In this document: one piece after another, positions 35,187 to 43,414 of the stretch | Layout: each line of letters opens with the position of its first letter | Numbering within the stretch: position 1 is the first letter of the stretch | From: Chloroflexota bacterium | Lineage (GTDB): Bacteria; Chloroflexota; Anaerolineae; Anaerolineales; UBA11579 | NCBI GenBank assembly: GCA_009391835.1 | Contig: QWJF01000001.1 | Coordinates: forward strand, 2,726-66,725 | DNA length: 64,000 bases | Direction of reading: 5' to 3' | Program-made: the position numbers and the translations under genes | Notes under the pieces: model-generated | The model's database searches: none | Told to the model about the DNA's origin: nothing | The model's input: the letters and a program-made list of their open reading frames with translations, nothing else

Positions 35187-36062
35187 CTAGGGCGAATCCC
35201 AGAAAGACAGTTCGTTCACGCTATACGTGTAATTGCCCGCCGAGCCACCATTGACGAAGAAACCGAAGCGTCCTGAAATGTAATTGCCATCCGTTACCTG
35301 CGCAATCTGCTTGCCGTTAGCGTAGATCGTAATTGTGCTGCCCTTCAAATGCACGCCCAGAATGTTTGTCTTGTCCGAGCCACTGTTTATTTCGGTGCTT
35401 GCTGTCCAGGAAATAATGTCTTCGGTCTTGTAGGGGCTGGTGTTGTCCAAACGCTCTAAACGGTAGTTTCCATCGCAGGAGAAATGCAGCAGGTAGCCGC
35501 GCGCAAAATCACCGGACGGTGGCCCTCGAAGAATCAAGCCATACGATTGCTTGCCGCTGCAGGTGTCCGTTTCTACCTGCATTTGGACGAACATATCCTT
35601 GGCGCTAAGCCAGGTGAACCACCATGTGTCAAAGGCAGCCAGCTTGCCAGTCACTTCCATCTGGCCGCTGTTCAATGCCAGTTTGATGAATTCAGAATTG
35701 GGCAGCTTCCCGCTTCCATCTTCCCAGTAGCGCGAGCTGTCAAAGCTGTCAAAAATAGTGGGGCTGCCAAATGCGCTATTCGGGTCAAAGTTCAGTGGCG
35801 TGGCGGTTGGTGTTCCGGCCCCCACCGTGATCGTGGCTGTTGCGGTTTCGGTCGGGCAGGGTGTTGGGGATTGGGTTTCCGTTTCCGTAGCTGCCGCCTC
35901 GGTAGCCGTCGGGGGGCTGGTTGCAGTCGTTGAAGCGGTTTGGCTGGCCACCACGATCTCGGTCGCCGTCTCGTTGGCCACGTTAATTGTCAGCGAGCGC
36001 GTGCAGCCTACGGCCGCCAGGGCCAAAATTAGGAACAAAAAGACAAATTGCTTGCGGTTCAT
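35187..36062 (-). CDS. Lipoprotein with T/A/P-rich linker and concanavalin-A-like (LamG/DUF1080-like) C-terminal domain
   Basis: Lipobox LAAVGC, low-complexity ATSPPTATEAAATETETQSPTP, and beta-sandwich-like C-terminal sequence. Confidence 0.4.
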   Translation of the reverse strand: MNRKQFVFLFLILALAAVGCTRSLTINVANETATEIVVASQTASTTATSPPTATEAAATETETQSPTPCPTETATATITVGAGTPTATPLNFDPNSAFGSPTIFDSFDSSRYWEDGSGKLPNSEFIKLALNSGQMEVTGKLAAFDTWWFTWLSAKDMFVQMQVETDTCSGKQSYGLILRGPPSGDFARGYLLHFSCDGNYRLERLDNTSPYKTEDIISWTASTEINSGSDKTNILGVHLKGSTITIYANGKQIAQVTDGNYISGRFGFFVNGGSAGNYTYSVNELSFWDSP

Positions 36063-36155
36063 TGCCTAAATTTTACACTTTTGCTTGCTCATGCACAACA
36101 ACAGCGGTATCCTAATAATCTACAAGTCATATTCTTTGAGGAGCGCCCTTAATTC

Positions 36156-36803
36156 ATGTATATCTCTATAGAAGGCGTCATTGGCGTCGGGAAAACCACG
36201 CTTGCGCGCCTGCTCCAGGATCGCTTCGATGCCCAGGTGCTCCTTGAGGTTTTTGAAGAAAATCCCTTCCTCGCCAATTTTTATGAAGACCGCGAGCGTT
36301 ACGCCTTCCAAACCCAGATGTTCTTCCTGCTGAGCCGCTACCACCAGCAGCGCGAATCTATTCCAGCTGCTCTCAAAGCCAGCGCAAGCCTGATCTCAGA
36401 TTACACTTTCGCCAAGGACGCGCTTTTTGCCGGCATCAATTTGCAGGGCGATGAACTCGAAATGTATGAACGCGTTCACGAAGCCCTCGCTGAAAAAATC
36501 CCTTTACCCGATCTGATCGTTTACTTACGCGCCGACACTGAGGTGCTCATGCATCGCATCGCCAAGCGCGATCGGCCTTACGAGCGCAACATGCAGCAGG
36601 ACTACATCGCTACACTGAATGAGGCTTACGAAGATTTTTTCGACGATTTCAACCGTGGAGTCCCCGTTTTGTCGATTGATTCGAACACAATTGATTTTGT
36701 TAGCAGCCCAGATGATTTGGACGTGGTGGTCAAGCGCATTGCGCAGGCCCTGGAAGAAACGCCCCGCCAGGCCACGCTTCCCCTTGACGTTAACCCCGGG
36801 TAA
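36156..36803 (+). CDS. Deoxynucleoside kinase, paralog 2
   Basis: MYISIEGVIGVGKTTL, ENPFLANFY, FQTQMFFLLSR. Confidence 0.85.
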   Translation: MYISIEGVIGVGKTTLARLLQDRFDAQVLLEVFEENPFLANFYEDRERYAFQTQMFFLLSRYHQQRESIPAALKASASLISDYTFAKDALFAGINLQGDELEMYERVHEALAEKIPLPDLIVYLRADTEVLMHRIAKRDRPYERNMQQDYIATLNEAYEDFFDDFNRGVPVLSIDSNTIDFVSSPDDLDVVVKRIAQALEETPRQATLPLDVNPG

Positions 36804-36814
36804 TCCCCCGCCGC

Positions 36815-37561
36815 CTAACTTTCGTATTGACTGTCGTCGATTTGACGGCGAAGACTTTCTTTGCTGTCCTGGGCGCTTGCTTGCCCACTCTGCTCCATAA
36901 GCGCCAACTCGGCTTCGGCGGTTTCCAGCCTGTCGGGATGGGCCCGTGCGGCCAGCGACCATTTGCCGCAATGCGGACAACGGGCCAGCTTGCCCACAAC
37001 GAGATTTGGCATCCAACTATTTCTAGCGAAGGGTTTCCCGCAATGATTGCAGATTGCGCCACCTGCCATTCCATAGTTTCCTGGTCTGTGTTGCTGATTT
37101 CGCCAGAGCAGTCGCGGTAGCAACGCGCTCGCCGCGCCTAGCGCGGCTAAAATCACCAGCAGCGGCACCACCAGCCCAATTGTCGCGGCGCGCGCCCCGG
37201 AAGCGGTCAGGAATACGCGTGTGAACTCTACGGATCGGAGCATCGCGCCGGAATTGGTCTCGCCAATCGCGTAAAGCCGGTGCGTACCTGGCGAAAAATC
37301 GTTGGTGTTGAAATTGAAGCGATATGGCGATGTATCCTGACTATGCACCAATTGATCGTCAATATAGAAGTCCACGCGCACAACACTTGGGGAAGTCTCT
37401 GCGCGCATACTAAAACGCCCCTGAATCTCATTGTTACGACCCCCGTAACCGAAATCGCGCGACAAGCGTAGCACCAGGCCAGGCTCGTTGCTCTGGGCGC
37501 GCGCCTTGCCTGGCGTAGCCAATAGAACCACCAACAACGCGAAAAGAATAAGCTGTCTCAT
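36815..37561 (-). CDS. Membrane protein: signal peptide, Ig-like ectodomain, one TM helix, cytoplasmic zinc-ribbon (CxxC...CxxC)
   Basis: CNHCGKPF...CPHCGKW pair after a hydrophobic helix. It is the last gene of the GntR/ABC operon. Confidence 0.45.
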   Translation of the reverse strand: MRQLILFALLVVLLATPGKARAQSNEPGLVLRLSRDFGYGGRNNEIQGRFSMRAETSPSVVRVDFYIDDQLVHSQDTSPYRFNFNTNDFSPGTHRLYAIGETNSGAMLRSVEFTRVFLTASGARAATIGLVVPLLVILAALGAASALLPRLLWRNQQHRPGNYGMAGGAICNHCGKPFARNSWMPNLVVGKLARCPHCGKWSLAARAHPDRLETAEAELALMEQSGQASAQDSKESLRRQIDDSQYES

Positions 37562-37577
37562 TGAGGAACCCCTTGCC

Positions 37578-38372
37578 TTATTTCCAGCGTGTCAGGATCG
37601 TTTCGCGCTGGAAAAGCTGGGTGGCAAAGAAAAGCAGGGCCGCATCGACCACGATAAAAGCCAGTGCAATCAAGCCCATCAGTCGTAAATTCAGGACCAC
37701 CGCGCCGAATATTTGCCCCATGAACACAGCCATCACTGGTAGCAGTACCAGCGCCGAGACTTGCTCCGCGACGCGCGGATCGTTCACTCGAGATGAAATC
37801 ATCACCGCCATGCTCACCCCCGCAATGGAAAGCAAAGGACCCACGCCGAAAATGCCCAGCATCCACAAGGGCGAGAACAAATGCAAAGCGACAGCGGGGC
37901 TGGCCGCCAAAAACGAAGTTCCCACTGCGAAGATCCCAAAGGCAATCAGTGTGGCCACAATTGCCGGAAGGGCTGCCGCGATGGCTTTGCCAGCCAGCAA
38001 CTGCGCAGTTGTAATCGGCGTGGCCAAGAGCGGTTCCAGGGTATGCGTCGTTTTTTCGCCGACAATACTATAGGAGGCAATCGTCACCGGGATAATTGCC
38101 GGCAATAGCAGGAAGAGCACCATAAATTGCTGCAACACCAAGTACTGGCCGCATTCGATTCCGACCAAATCTCCGCAAAATTGACTGGCCAGGCCCATCA
38201 GATCGCTGAATTCACTTAGGGCGCTCAAATCAGTAAACCCGCGAATGCTATACAGCATCACCAACGGGATGGCGCTAAAGATCAGGGGCATGAAGGCCAC
38301 TGAGAATAACACCAGGCGGTGACGAAAAACCTCACCCCACTCCTTGCGTGCGATGACCCAAATTTTCTTCAT
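37578..38372 (-). CDS. ABC-2 type transporter permease
   Basis: Six hydrophobic helices. 4-nt overlap with the upstream ATPase gene. Confidence 0.7.
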   Translation of the reverse strand: MKKIWVIARKEWGEVFRHRLVLFSVAFMPLIFSAIPLVMLYSIRGFTDLSALSEFSDLMGLASQFCGDLVGIECGQYLVLQQFMVLFLLLPAIIPVTIASYSIVGEKTTHTLEPLLATPITTAQLLAGKAIAAALPAIVATLIAFGIFAVGTSFLAASPAVALHLFSPLWMLGIFGVGPLLSIAGVSMAVMISSRVNDPRVAEQVSALVLLPVMAVFMGQIFGAVVLNLRLMGLIALAFIVVDAALLFFATQLFQRETILTRWK

Positions 38373-40267
38373 ACTTCAACCTCCGCGCCCTTACCACGCA
38401 CCAATTGCAGGTACACATCTTCAAGGCTTTGGCGCAATTCCCCTACGAATTGCAACTCGGCGCCCAGGCCGACCAACTCACGCACTAACTCGGGGTTGCG
38501 CTTTTCAGGATCATCCAGCGTCACCACCAATTTATTGTCCACCGTTTTTACTTCGCGAACAAAGGATTTTTGCTCCATCGCTTCAGCGAAGGCGGGGTTT
38601 AGTGCCTCAAAATGAAAAACAACCGCTCGGCCGTATAATTGGCGCCGCAAATTGGTGGGCGAATCGAGCGCCAGAAGACTGGTTCTAAACACGGCGATCC
38701 GATCACATAGCCGGTCGGCTTCATCGAGGTTGTGTGTGGTCAGCACGATGGTGCGCCCCTCGCTGCGCAGCTCGCTCACAAATTCGCGAACGATTTTGGA
38801 GGCCTCGGGATCCAGGCCGGCCGTGGGTTCGTCCAGAAAGAGCACCTTGGGTTCGTGTAGGAGGGCCCGAGCAATCGCTAATTTCTGGCGCATGCCCTTG
38901 GAAAAGGTGCCCACCGGCTCGCTACGGCGACCCCAAAGACCCAGCATGCGCAGATAGCGCTCCACCTGCCCTGAAATATCTTCCACATCATACAGTTCGG
39001 CAAAAAAGGCCAGATTGCGCTCAGCACTGATCTGCTGATACATACCCGGCGTTTCCGTCAGAATTCCTACATCTTTGCGCAGGAGATTGTCCTCATCGCC
39101 AAGCCGGTGCCCGGCCACGACCGCCTGCCCAGCACTCGGCTCGATTAACGCAGTCAGCATTCGGATGGTTGTCGTTTTTCCGGCGCCGTTGGGACCCAAA
39201 AGGCCAAATACTTCACCCGACGGAATGTCCAGGTCCAGCCCATCTACCGCCAGCACCTCCCCGAAGGATTTGGTCAGCCCTTGAGCAAAGATCATGCTTT
39301 TCGCCGAGGGCGAAGAAGCCCGCGGGGGTGATGTTTCACGTGAAACCTTGGCGTCGGCGCGCGGATCTCCGCGCTGCAGCAGCCAAACAGCCAGTAATAT
39401 CCAGGGCAGGCCGCCTAGAATACCGATTGGCAGCGGGCCAAGCAGGTCGTTGGTGATGGCATCTGGATGGGTAAAGAGAATCGCGCTCGCCGCTAGACCG
39501 TTGATCGTAGCGTGTGCGATCACGGCCGGCCAGACGCTTTTTCCCTGGATAGTCAGCCATCCAAAAACCACGCCGGTTGCCATCGTGAAGATGATCATCC
39601 CAAGCATTCCCGCCCAGGGGAACCCGGCATAATCAAAGCCATAATTCAACCCCATCGCAATCAACGGCGCGTGCCAGAGGCCCCAGATGGCCCCGGTGGC
39701 CAGCAGGCCGCGGCGGTAGCCAAGGGGCAGTAACTTGGGCTGCAGGTAGGCGCGCCAGCCAAACTCTTCCCCAAAGGTGAACAAACTGTTGATCACGGGC
39801 GCCAGCAAGATTGCCTGAGCCAATTGGATGAGAACAAGAATTTCAGGGGCCAGGGGCAAAGGATTTCCCTGCGCTGCATACGTGGCGATAGTCTGTCGCA
39901 TAAAGGTAAAGGTGGGGTCGAAGTGCTCGGGAAAGACGAGAAAATAGATCCCTGCCCCAACGAATGTTAAAAGTGGAGGTAGTAGCCAGGCCAGCAACCA
40001 AAAGCGGCCGCGGCCCTCGAATTGCAGCGGCAACCAGGTGTTCTTCCAGCCCTCTTTGGTAACGAGACGGGTGAACACGTTGGCCAGCGCCGGCGACCAC
40101 ATATAGATTGTGGCGATCAGTGCGGTAGCCACGGAAATGCCGGGCAAGAGCTGGGGGCTATCCACTATCCCGCCGCTCAAATAGAGATAGAGGGCCACAG
40201 CCCAGGAAATGCCGAAGGCAAAGCCCAAAAAAATCAGGACGCGACGGGTGTCAATTGTTTTGCTCAT
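38369..40267 (-). CDS. Fusion protein: N-terminal CPBP (CAAX-type/Abi) intramembrane protease domain + C-terminal ABC transporter ATP-binding domain
   Basis: CPBP motifs FGEEFGWRAYL, WGLWHAP and IAHATINGL are followed by a disordered linker, then ABC motifs GLLGPNGAGKTT, LSKGMRQKLAIA and LFLDEPTAGLD, all in one uninterrupted 632-codon ORF. Confidence 0.8.
   Translation of the reverse strand: MSKTIDTRRVLIFLGFAFGISWAVALYLYLSGGIVDSPQLLPGISVATALIATIYMWSPALANVFTRLVTKEGWKNTWLPLQFEGRGRFWLLAWLLPPLLTFVGAGIYFLVFPEHFDPTFTFMRQTIATYAAQGNPLPLAPEILVLIQLAQAILLAPVINSLFTFGEEFGWRAYLQPKLLPLGYRRGLLATGAIWGLWHAPLIAMGLNYGFDYAGFPWAGMLGMIIFTMATGVVFGWLTIQGKSVWPAVIAHATINGLAASAILFTHPDAITNDLLGPLPIGILGGLPWILLAVWLLQRGDPRADAKVSRETSPPRASSPSAKSMIFAQGLTKSFGEVLAVDGLDLDIPSGEVFGLLGPNGAGKTTTIRMLTALIEPSAGQAVVAGHRLGDEDNLLRKDVGILTETPGMYQQISAERNLAFFAELYDVEDISGQVERYLRMLGLWGRRSEPVGTFSKGMRQKLAIARALLHEPKVLFLDEPTAGLDPEASKIVREFVSELRSEGRTIVLTTHNLDEADRLCDRIAVFRTSLLALDSPTNLRRQLYGRAVVFHFEALNPAFAEAMEQKSFVREVKTVDNKLVVTLDDPEKRNPELVRELVGLGAELQFVGELRQSLEDVYLQLVRGKGAEVEV
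39331..39346. repeat. Palindromic motif ATGTTTCACGTGAAAC, copy 2 (inside the CPBP-ABC linker coding region)
   Basis: Identical 16-mer to 40276-40291. Core GTTTCACGTGAAAC is a perfect palindrome. It lies about 45 nt upstream of internal ATG 39295 (MIFAQGLTKSFG). Confidence 0.85.
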
Positions 40268-40274
40268 GCGCGTA

Positions 40275-40294
40275 AATGTTTCACGTGAAACATT
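40275..40294. promoter_or_regulatory. Perfect 20-bp palindrome AATGTTTCACGTGAAACATT, 7 nt upstream of the CPBP-ABC start codon (candidate operator)
   Basis: Read directly from the sequence. It lies between the GntR stop (40363) and ATG 40267. Confidence 0.6.
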
Positions 40295-40362
40295 CGGGTG
40301 AGCGGGCGTGAATTGGTTGAATTGGGCACAGATGCTCCTTTTTGATGTGCGATTTACTGTGA

Positions 40363-40746
40363 TCAGGTTCTCGAATCTTTCCCTTTTTCTCTCACAATGT
40401 CACTGATTTCTCGCCATGTGAAACCCAATTTCTGCGCCTCAATCAGGAAGTTTTCTGCGAGCAGGGCGAGTCGCTGCTCACGGAGGCGCTTGCTCTGTGC
40501 GGGCGAACCCGCCCCCAGAATGAAAGTGCCGCGGCCGTGTTGGGTCGAGATGATGCCCTCCCCATCCAACAGGCGGTAGGCCCGAGCGATGGTATTGAAG
40601 TTCACTTGCAGGTCGTCGGCCAACTGCCGAACCGTGGGGAGCTGGTCGTTGGGCTGCAGCTCACCCGTGGCCACCGCATGCTTCACCTGACCCATCACCT
40701 GAACATAGATAGGTTTATGGGTGGTAAGGTCAAGCGCAAACTTCAT
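40363..40746 (-). CDS. GntR family transcriptional regulator (short YtrA-like subfamily)
   Basis: PIYVQVMGQVKHAVATGELQPNDQLPTVRQLADDLQVNFNTIARAY wHTH region. Only 127 aa. Confidence 0.82.
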   Translation of the reverse strand: MKFALDLTTHKPIYVQVMGQVKHAVATGELQPNDQLPTVRQLADDLQVNFNTIARAYRLLDGEGIISTQHGRGTFILGAGSPAQSKRLREQRLALLAENFLIEAQKLGFTWREISDIVREKGKDSRT

Positions 40747-40756
40747 GAGCCTTATT

Positions 40757-40807
40757 TTGTATCATTGTATCTTTGTACAATTGTATATAGTTTTTGACGG
40801 TTGTCAA
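40757..40807 (-). promoter_or_regulatory. Putative sigma70-type promoter of the GntR operon (TTGACA-16-TACAAT) overlapping four tandem 8-bp TTGTA repeats
   Basis: Minus strand: -35 TTGACA at 40807-40802 and -10 TACAAT at 40785-40780. Plus strand: TTGTATCA TTGTATCT TTGTACAA TTGTATAT at 40757-40788. TTGACGGTTGTCAA inverted repeat at 40794-40807. Confidence 0.5.
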
Positions 40808-40885
40808 GATCGCTCTGTCTGCAGTTTCCTCGGATCGGCGCATGGTAGAATCGCGCGCTAACGATCATTCGCCATCAGGAGTGCT

Positions 40886-41776
40886 GTGATGGAAAAACAA
40901 GTGGCTACATTTGAAGTCAAAAAGGGGCTGGCCCAGATGCTCAAGGGCGGCGTGATCATGGATGTGGTCACTGCCGAGCACGCCAGGATCGCTGAAGACG
41001 CGGGGGCCGTAGCAGTGATGGCACTGGAACGAGTGCCCGCGGATATCCGGGCGGACGGGGGCGTGGCGCGTATGAGCGATCCGGGCTTGATCGAAGAGAT
41101 CATGAATACGGTCAGCATCCCGGTGATGGCCAAAGTGCGCATTGGCCATTTTGTGGAAGCGCAAATTCTTGAATCGCTGGGCGTGGATTACGTGGATGAG
41201 TCGGAAGTGCTCACGCCTGCCGACGAAGAGCATCACATCAACAAGCACGATTTCAAGATCCCATTCGTATGCGGCTGCCGCAATTTGGGCGAGGCCCTTC
41301 GGCGGGTGGGTGAAGGCGCGGCTATGATCCGCACCAAGGGTGAAGCGGGCACCGGCGACGTGGTGGAAGCCGTGCGGCACGCCCGCTCGGTGTTGGGCGA
41401 TATCAGGCGCTTGCAGACAATGCCGGATGAAGAATTGATGGCCTTTGCCAAGCATTTGGGCGCGCCCTACGAATTATTGAAAGAGACAAAAGAACTGGGC
41501 CGGCTTCCGGTGGTGAATTTCGCCGCGGGCGGCCTGGCCACTCCAGCAGATGCAGCGCTCATGATGCAGCTGGGCGTGGACGGCGTTTTCGTGGGCTCAG
41601 GAATTTTCAAATCAGGCGACCCAGCCAAGCGGGCGGAAGCCATCGTGAAAGCCACAACCCATTTTGAGGACGCCGCGATTTTGGCCGATGTGAGCCGCAA
41701 TTTAGGCGAACCAATGGTGGGCCGCCAGGTGACGGATATTCCCGAAGCGGAACTAATCGCCCAGCGCGGTTGGTAG
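40886..41776 (+). CDS. pdxS: Pyridoxal 5'-phosphate synthase lyase subunit
   Basis: [15 protein letters not shown]...[12 protein letters not shown]... is highly conserved PdxS. The start is GTG 40886 or ATG 40889. Confidence 0.93.
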   Translation: MMEKQVATFEVKKGLAQMLKGGVIMDVVTAEHARIAEDAGAVAVMALERVPADIRADGGVARMSDPGLIEEIMNTVSIPVMAKVRIGHFVEAQILESLGVDYVDESEVLTPADEEHHINKHDFKIPFVCGCRNLGEALRRVGEGAAMIRTKGEAGTGDVVEAVRHARSVLGDIRRLQTMPDEELMAFAKHLGAPYELLKETKELGRLPVVNFAAGGLATPADAALMMQLGVDGVFVGSGIFKSGDPAKRAEAIVKATTHFEDAAILADVSRNLGEPMVGRQVTDIPEAELIAQRGW

Positions 41777-41795
41777 CTCACCCCCCTACGTTTTT

Positions 41796-42419
41796 ATGAA
41801 GATTGGCGTATTGGCCCTGCAGGGCGATTTCGCCGAGCACCAGTCCATGCTGGAAGGGCTGGGCGTCCAGGTTTCGCAGGTGCGGCTCCCGGGACAGCTC
41901 GAGGCGATTGACGGCCTGATCATTCCGGGTGGCGAATCCACCACGATTGGCAAGCTGGCGGTGGATTTCAACTTGATGGAACCGTTGATCTCATTTGGCG
42001 AGGCCAAGCCGATCTGGGGCACCTGCGCAGGGGCGATCTTGTTATCCAAGGATGCACGCCGACCACAACCGCTGCTGGGGCTGATGGATATCAGCGTGGA
42101 GCGCAATGCGTTTGGTCGGCAGGTGGAAAGCTTTGAAGCGGACCTGGATGTGCCCGCGCTCAGCGAGTCGCGAAAGGGAGAGCAGCGGCCCTTTCATGCC
42201 GTGTTTATCCGGGCTCCGCTGATTCAAGAGGTGCGTGGCGAGGCCAAAACGCTGAGCACGTTACCCGACGGGCGCATCGTAGCGGCGCAGGAGGGTCATC
42301 TACTGGCGACGTCCTTCCATCCAGAGCTAACCGGAGACGATCGTTTCCACCGTTATTTCCTGCAACTGGTAGAGATCAGTAAGGCCGAGACAGACCCTAT
42401 GGCGGGTGTTGTAGAATAG
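41796..42419 (+). CDS. pdxT: Pyridoxal 5'-phosphate synthase glutaminase subunit
   Basis: MKIGVLALQGDF.EH...GLIIPGGESTT...WGTCAG...FHPE. Confidence 0.9.
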   Translation: MKIGVLALQGDFAEHQSMLEGLGVQVSQVRLPGQLEAIDGLIIPGGESTTIGKLAVDFNLMEPLISFGEAKPIWGTCAGAILLSKDARRPQPLLGLMDISVERNAFGRQVESFEADLDVPALSESRKGEQRPFHAVFIRAPLIQEVRGEAKTLSTLPDGRIVAAQEGHLLATSFHPELTGDDRFHRYFLQLVEISKAETDPMAGVVE

Positions 42420-42424
42420 GGGAA

Positions 42425-43414
42425 ATGAGCCGATCACTGGGCCCAAGGGATTGGGCGCTCCTCAACCGATATCGCAAACAAGGCCTCTTTTTAGATAGCG
42501 CTCCGACGCTGCTTTGGGGCCGCCGGATCGTGCCCGCCGGTGCGCTGCTATCGATGTTTTCCAGTATGACGGGTGTGTTCAGTGCGGTGGCGCAGGGCCA
42601 GGATGGGGAGGCACCTTTGATTGGGCAGATCGCCCACACCCATGGCTCAGCATTTGCCCACTTCACTTTTCTGGCGCCGGAAGCAGCCATGCACTCGCGA
42701 TTAATTCCAGAACTTTTCGAGCACCTTATTCAACGGGTGGGGCAACGCGGGGCGCACAGCCTGATTGCCGAAGTGGATGAAAGCAGCCCGGCGCTGCCTG
42801 CGCTGCGCGAAGCAGGTTTTAGCATTTATGCACGGCAACGCATCTGGCGATTAACCCGAGTCCCGAAAGGCAGTCCATCCGGGGCTTGGCGAAGAGCTAC
42901 CTACGAAGATGGGCTCGCGGCCGACTTGTTTTGCAGCAGCCTGGTGCCAGGCCTGGTGCAGCAAGTGGAACCATCGCCCTGGGATGGGTTGAATGGATAC
43001 GTGTGTTTTCGGGCAGGTGAATTAGTTGCTTACGCAGCCCTGCGCAGTGGGCCGCGCGGCCAATGGCTGCAGCCCTTCGTGCACGAGGACATAAATCCGG
43101 ATGAAGCGGGCCAGATGATGGCAGATCTTTTCAGGCAACTGCAACCCAGTAAGCGCAGGCCACTCTTTATTTGTCTGCGGTCCTATCAGGCTTGGTTGGA
43201 GACGAGCTTGCGCGAACTGCGTGCGGAACCGGGAGCGCACCAGGCGGTGGTGGTCAAGCGAACGGCGCGACTAGTCAAAGCGAAGCAAGCGCTGAAGCTA
43301 CGCTCGGTGGAAGGCCGCCGCGCGGAACCGACGACCCCAATACATGTTCCGACCCAACCGTTGGGCCGGGAATTGGAATTATCGACATATGACCAGACGC
43401 CAAATTACCGATGA
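42425..43414 (+). CDS. Hypothetical protein (possibly tandem GNAT-like folds)
   Basis: Only weak acetyltransferase-like segments (AHSLIAEVDESSPALPALREAGF). Confidence 0.3.
   Translation: MSRSLGPRDWALLNRYRKQGLFLDSAPTLLWGRRIVPAGALLSMFSSMTGVFSAVAQGQDGEAPLIGQIAHTHGSAFAHFTFLAPEAAMHSRLIPELFEHLIQRVGQRGAHSLIAEVDESSPALPALREAGFSIYARQRIWRLTRVPKGSPSGAWRRATYEDGLAADLFCSSLVPGLVQQVEPSPWDGLNGYVCFRAGELVAYAALRSGPRGQWLQPFVHEDINPDEAGQMMADLFRQLQPSKRRPLFICLRSYQAWLETSLRELRAEPGAHQAVVVKRTARLVKAKQALKLRSVEGRRAEPTTPIHVPTQPLGRELELSTYDQTPNYR

Noticed and set aside
35830-35960. Repetitive Thr/Pro/Ala-coding DNA (also at 57730-57870) as possible tandem repeats or a CRISPR-like array.
   Set aside because: These are low-complexity interdomain linkers inside ORFs. 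They have no regular repeat-spacer periodicity, and there are no cas genes anywhere in the window.
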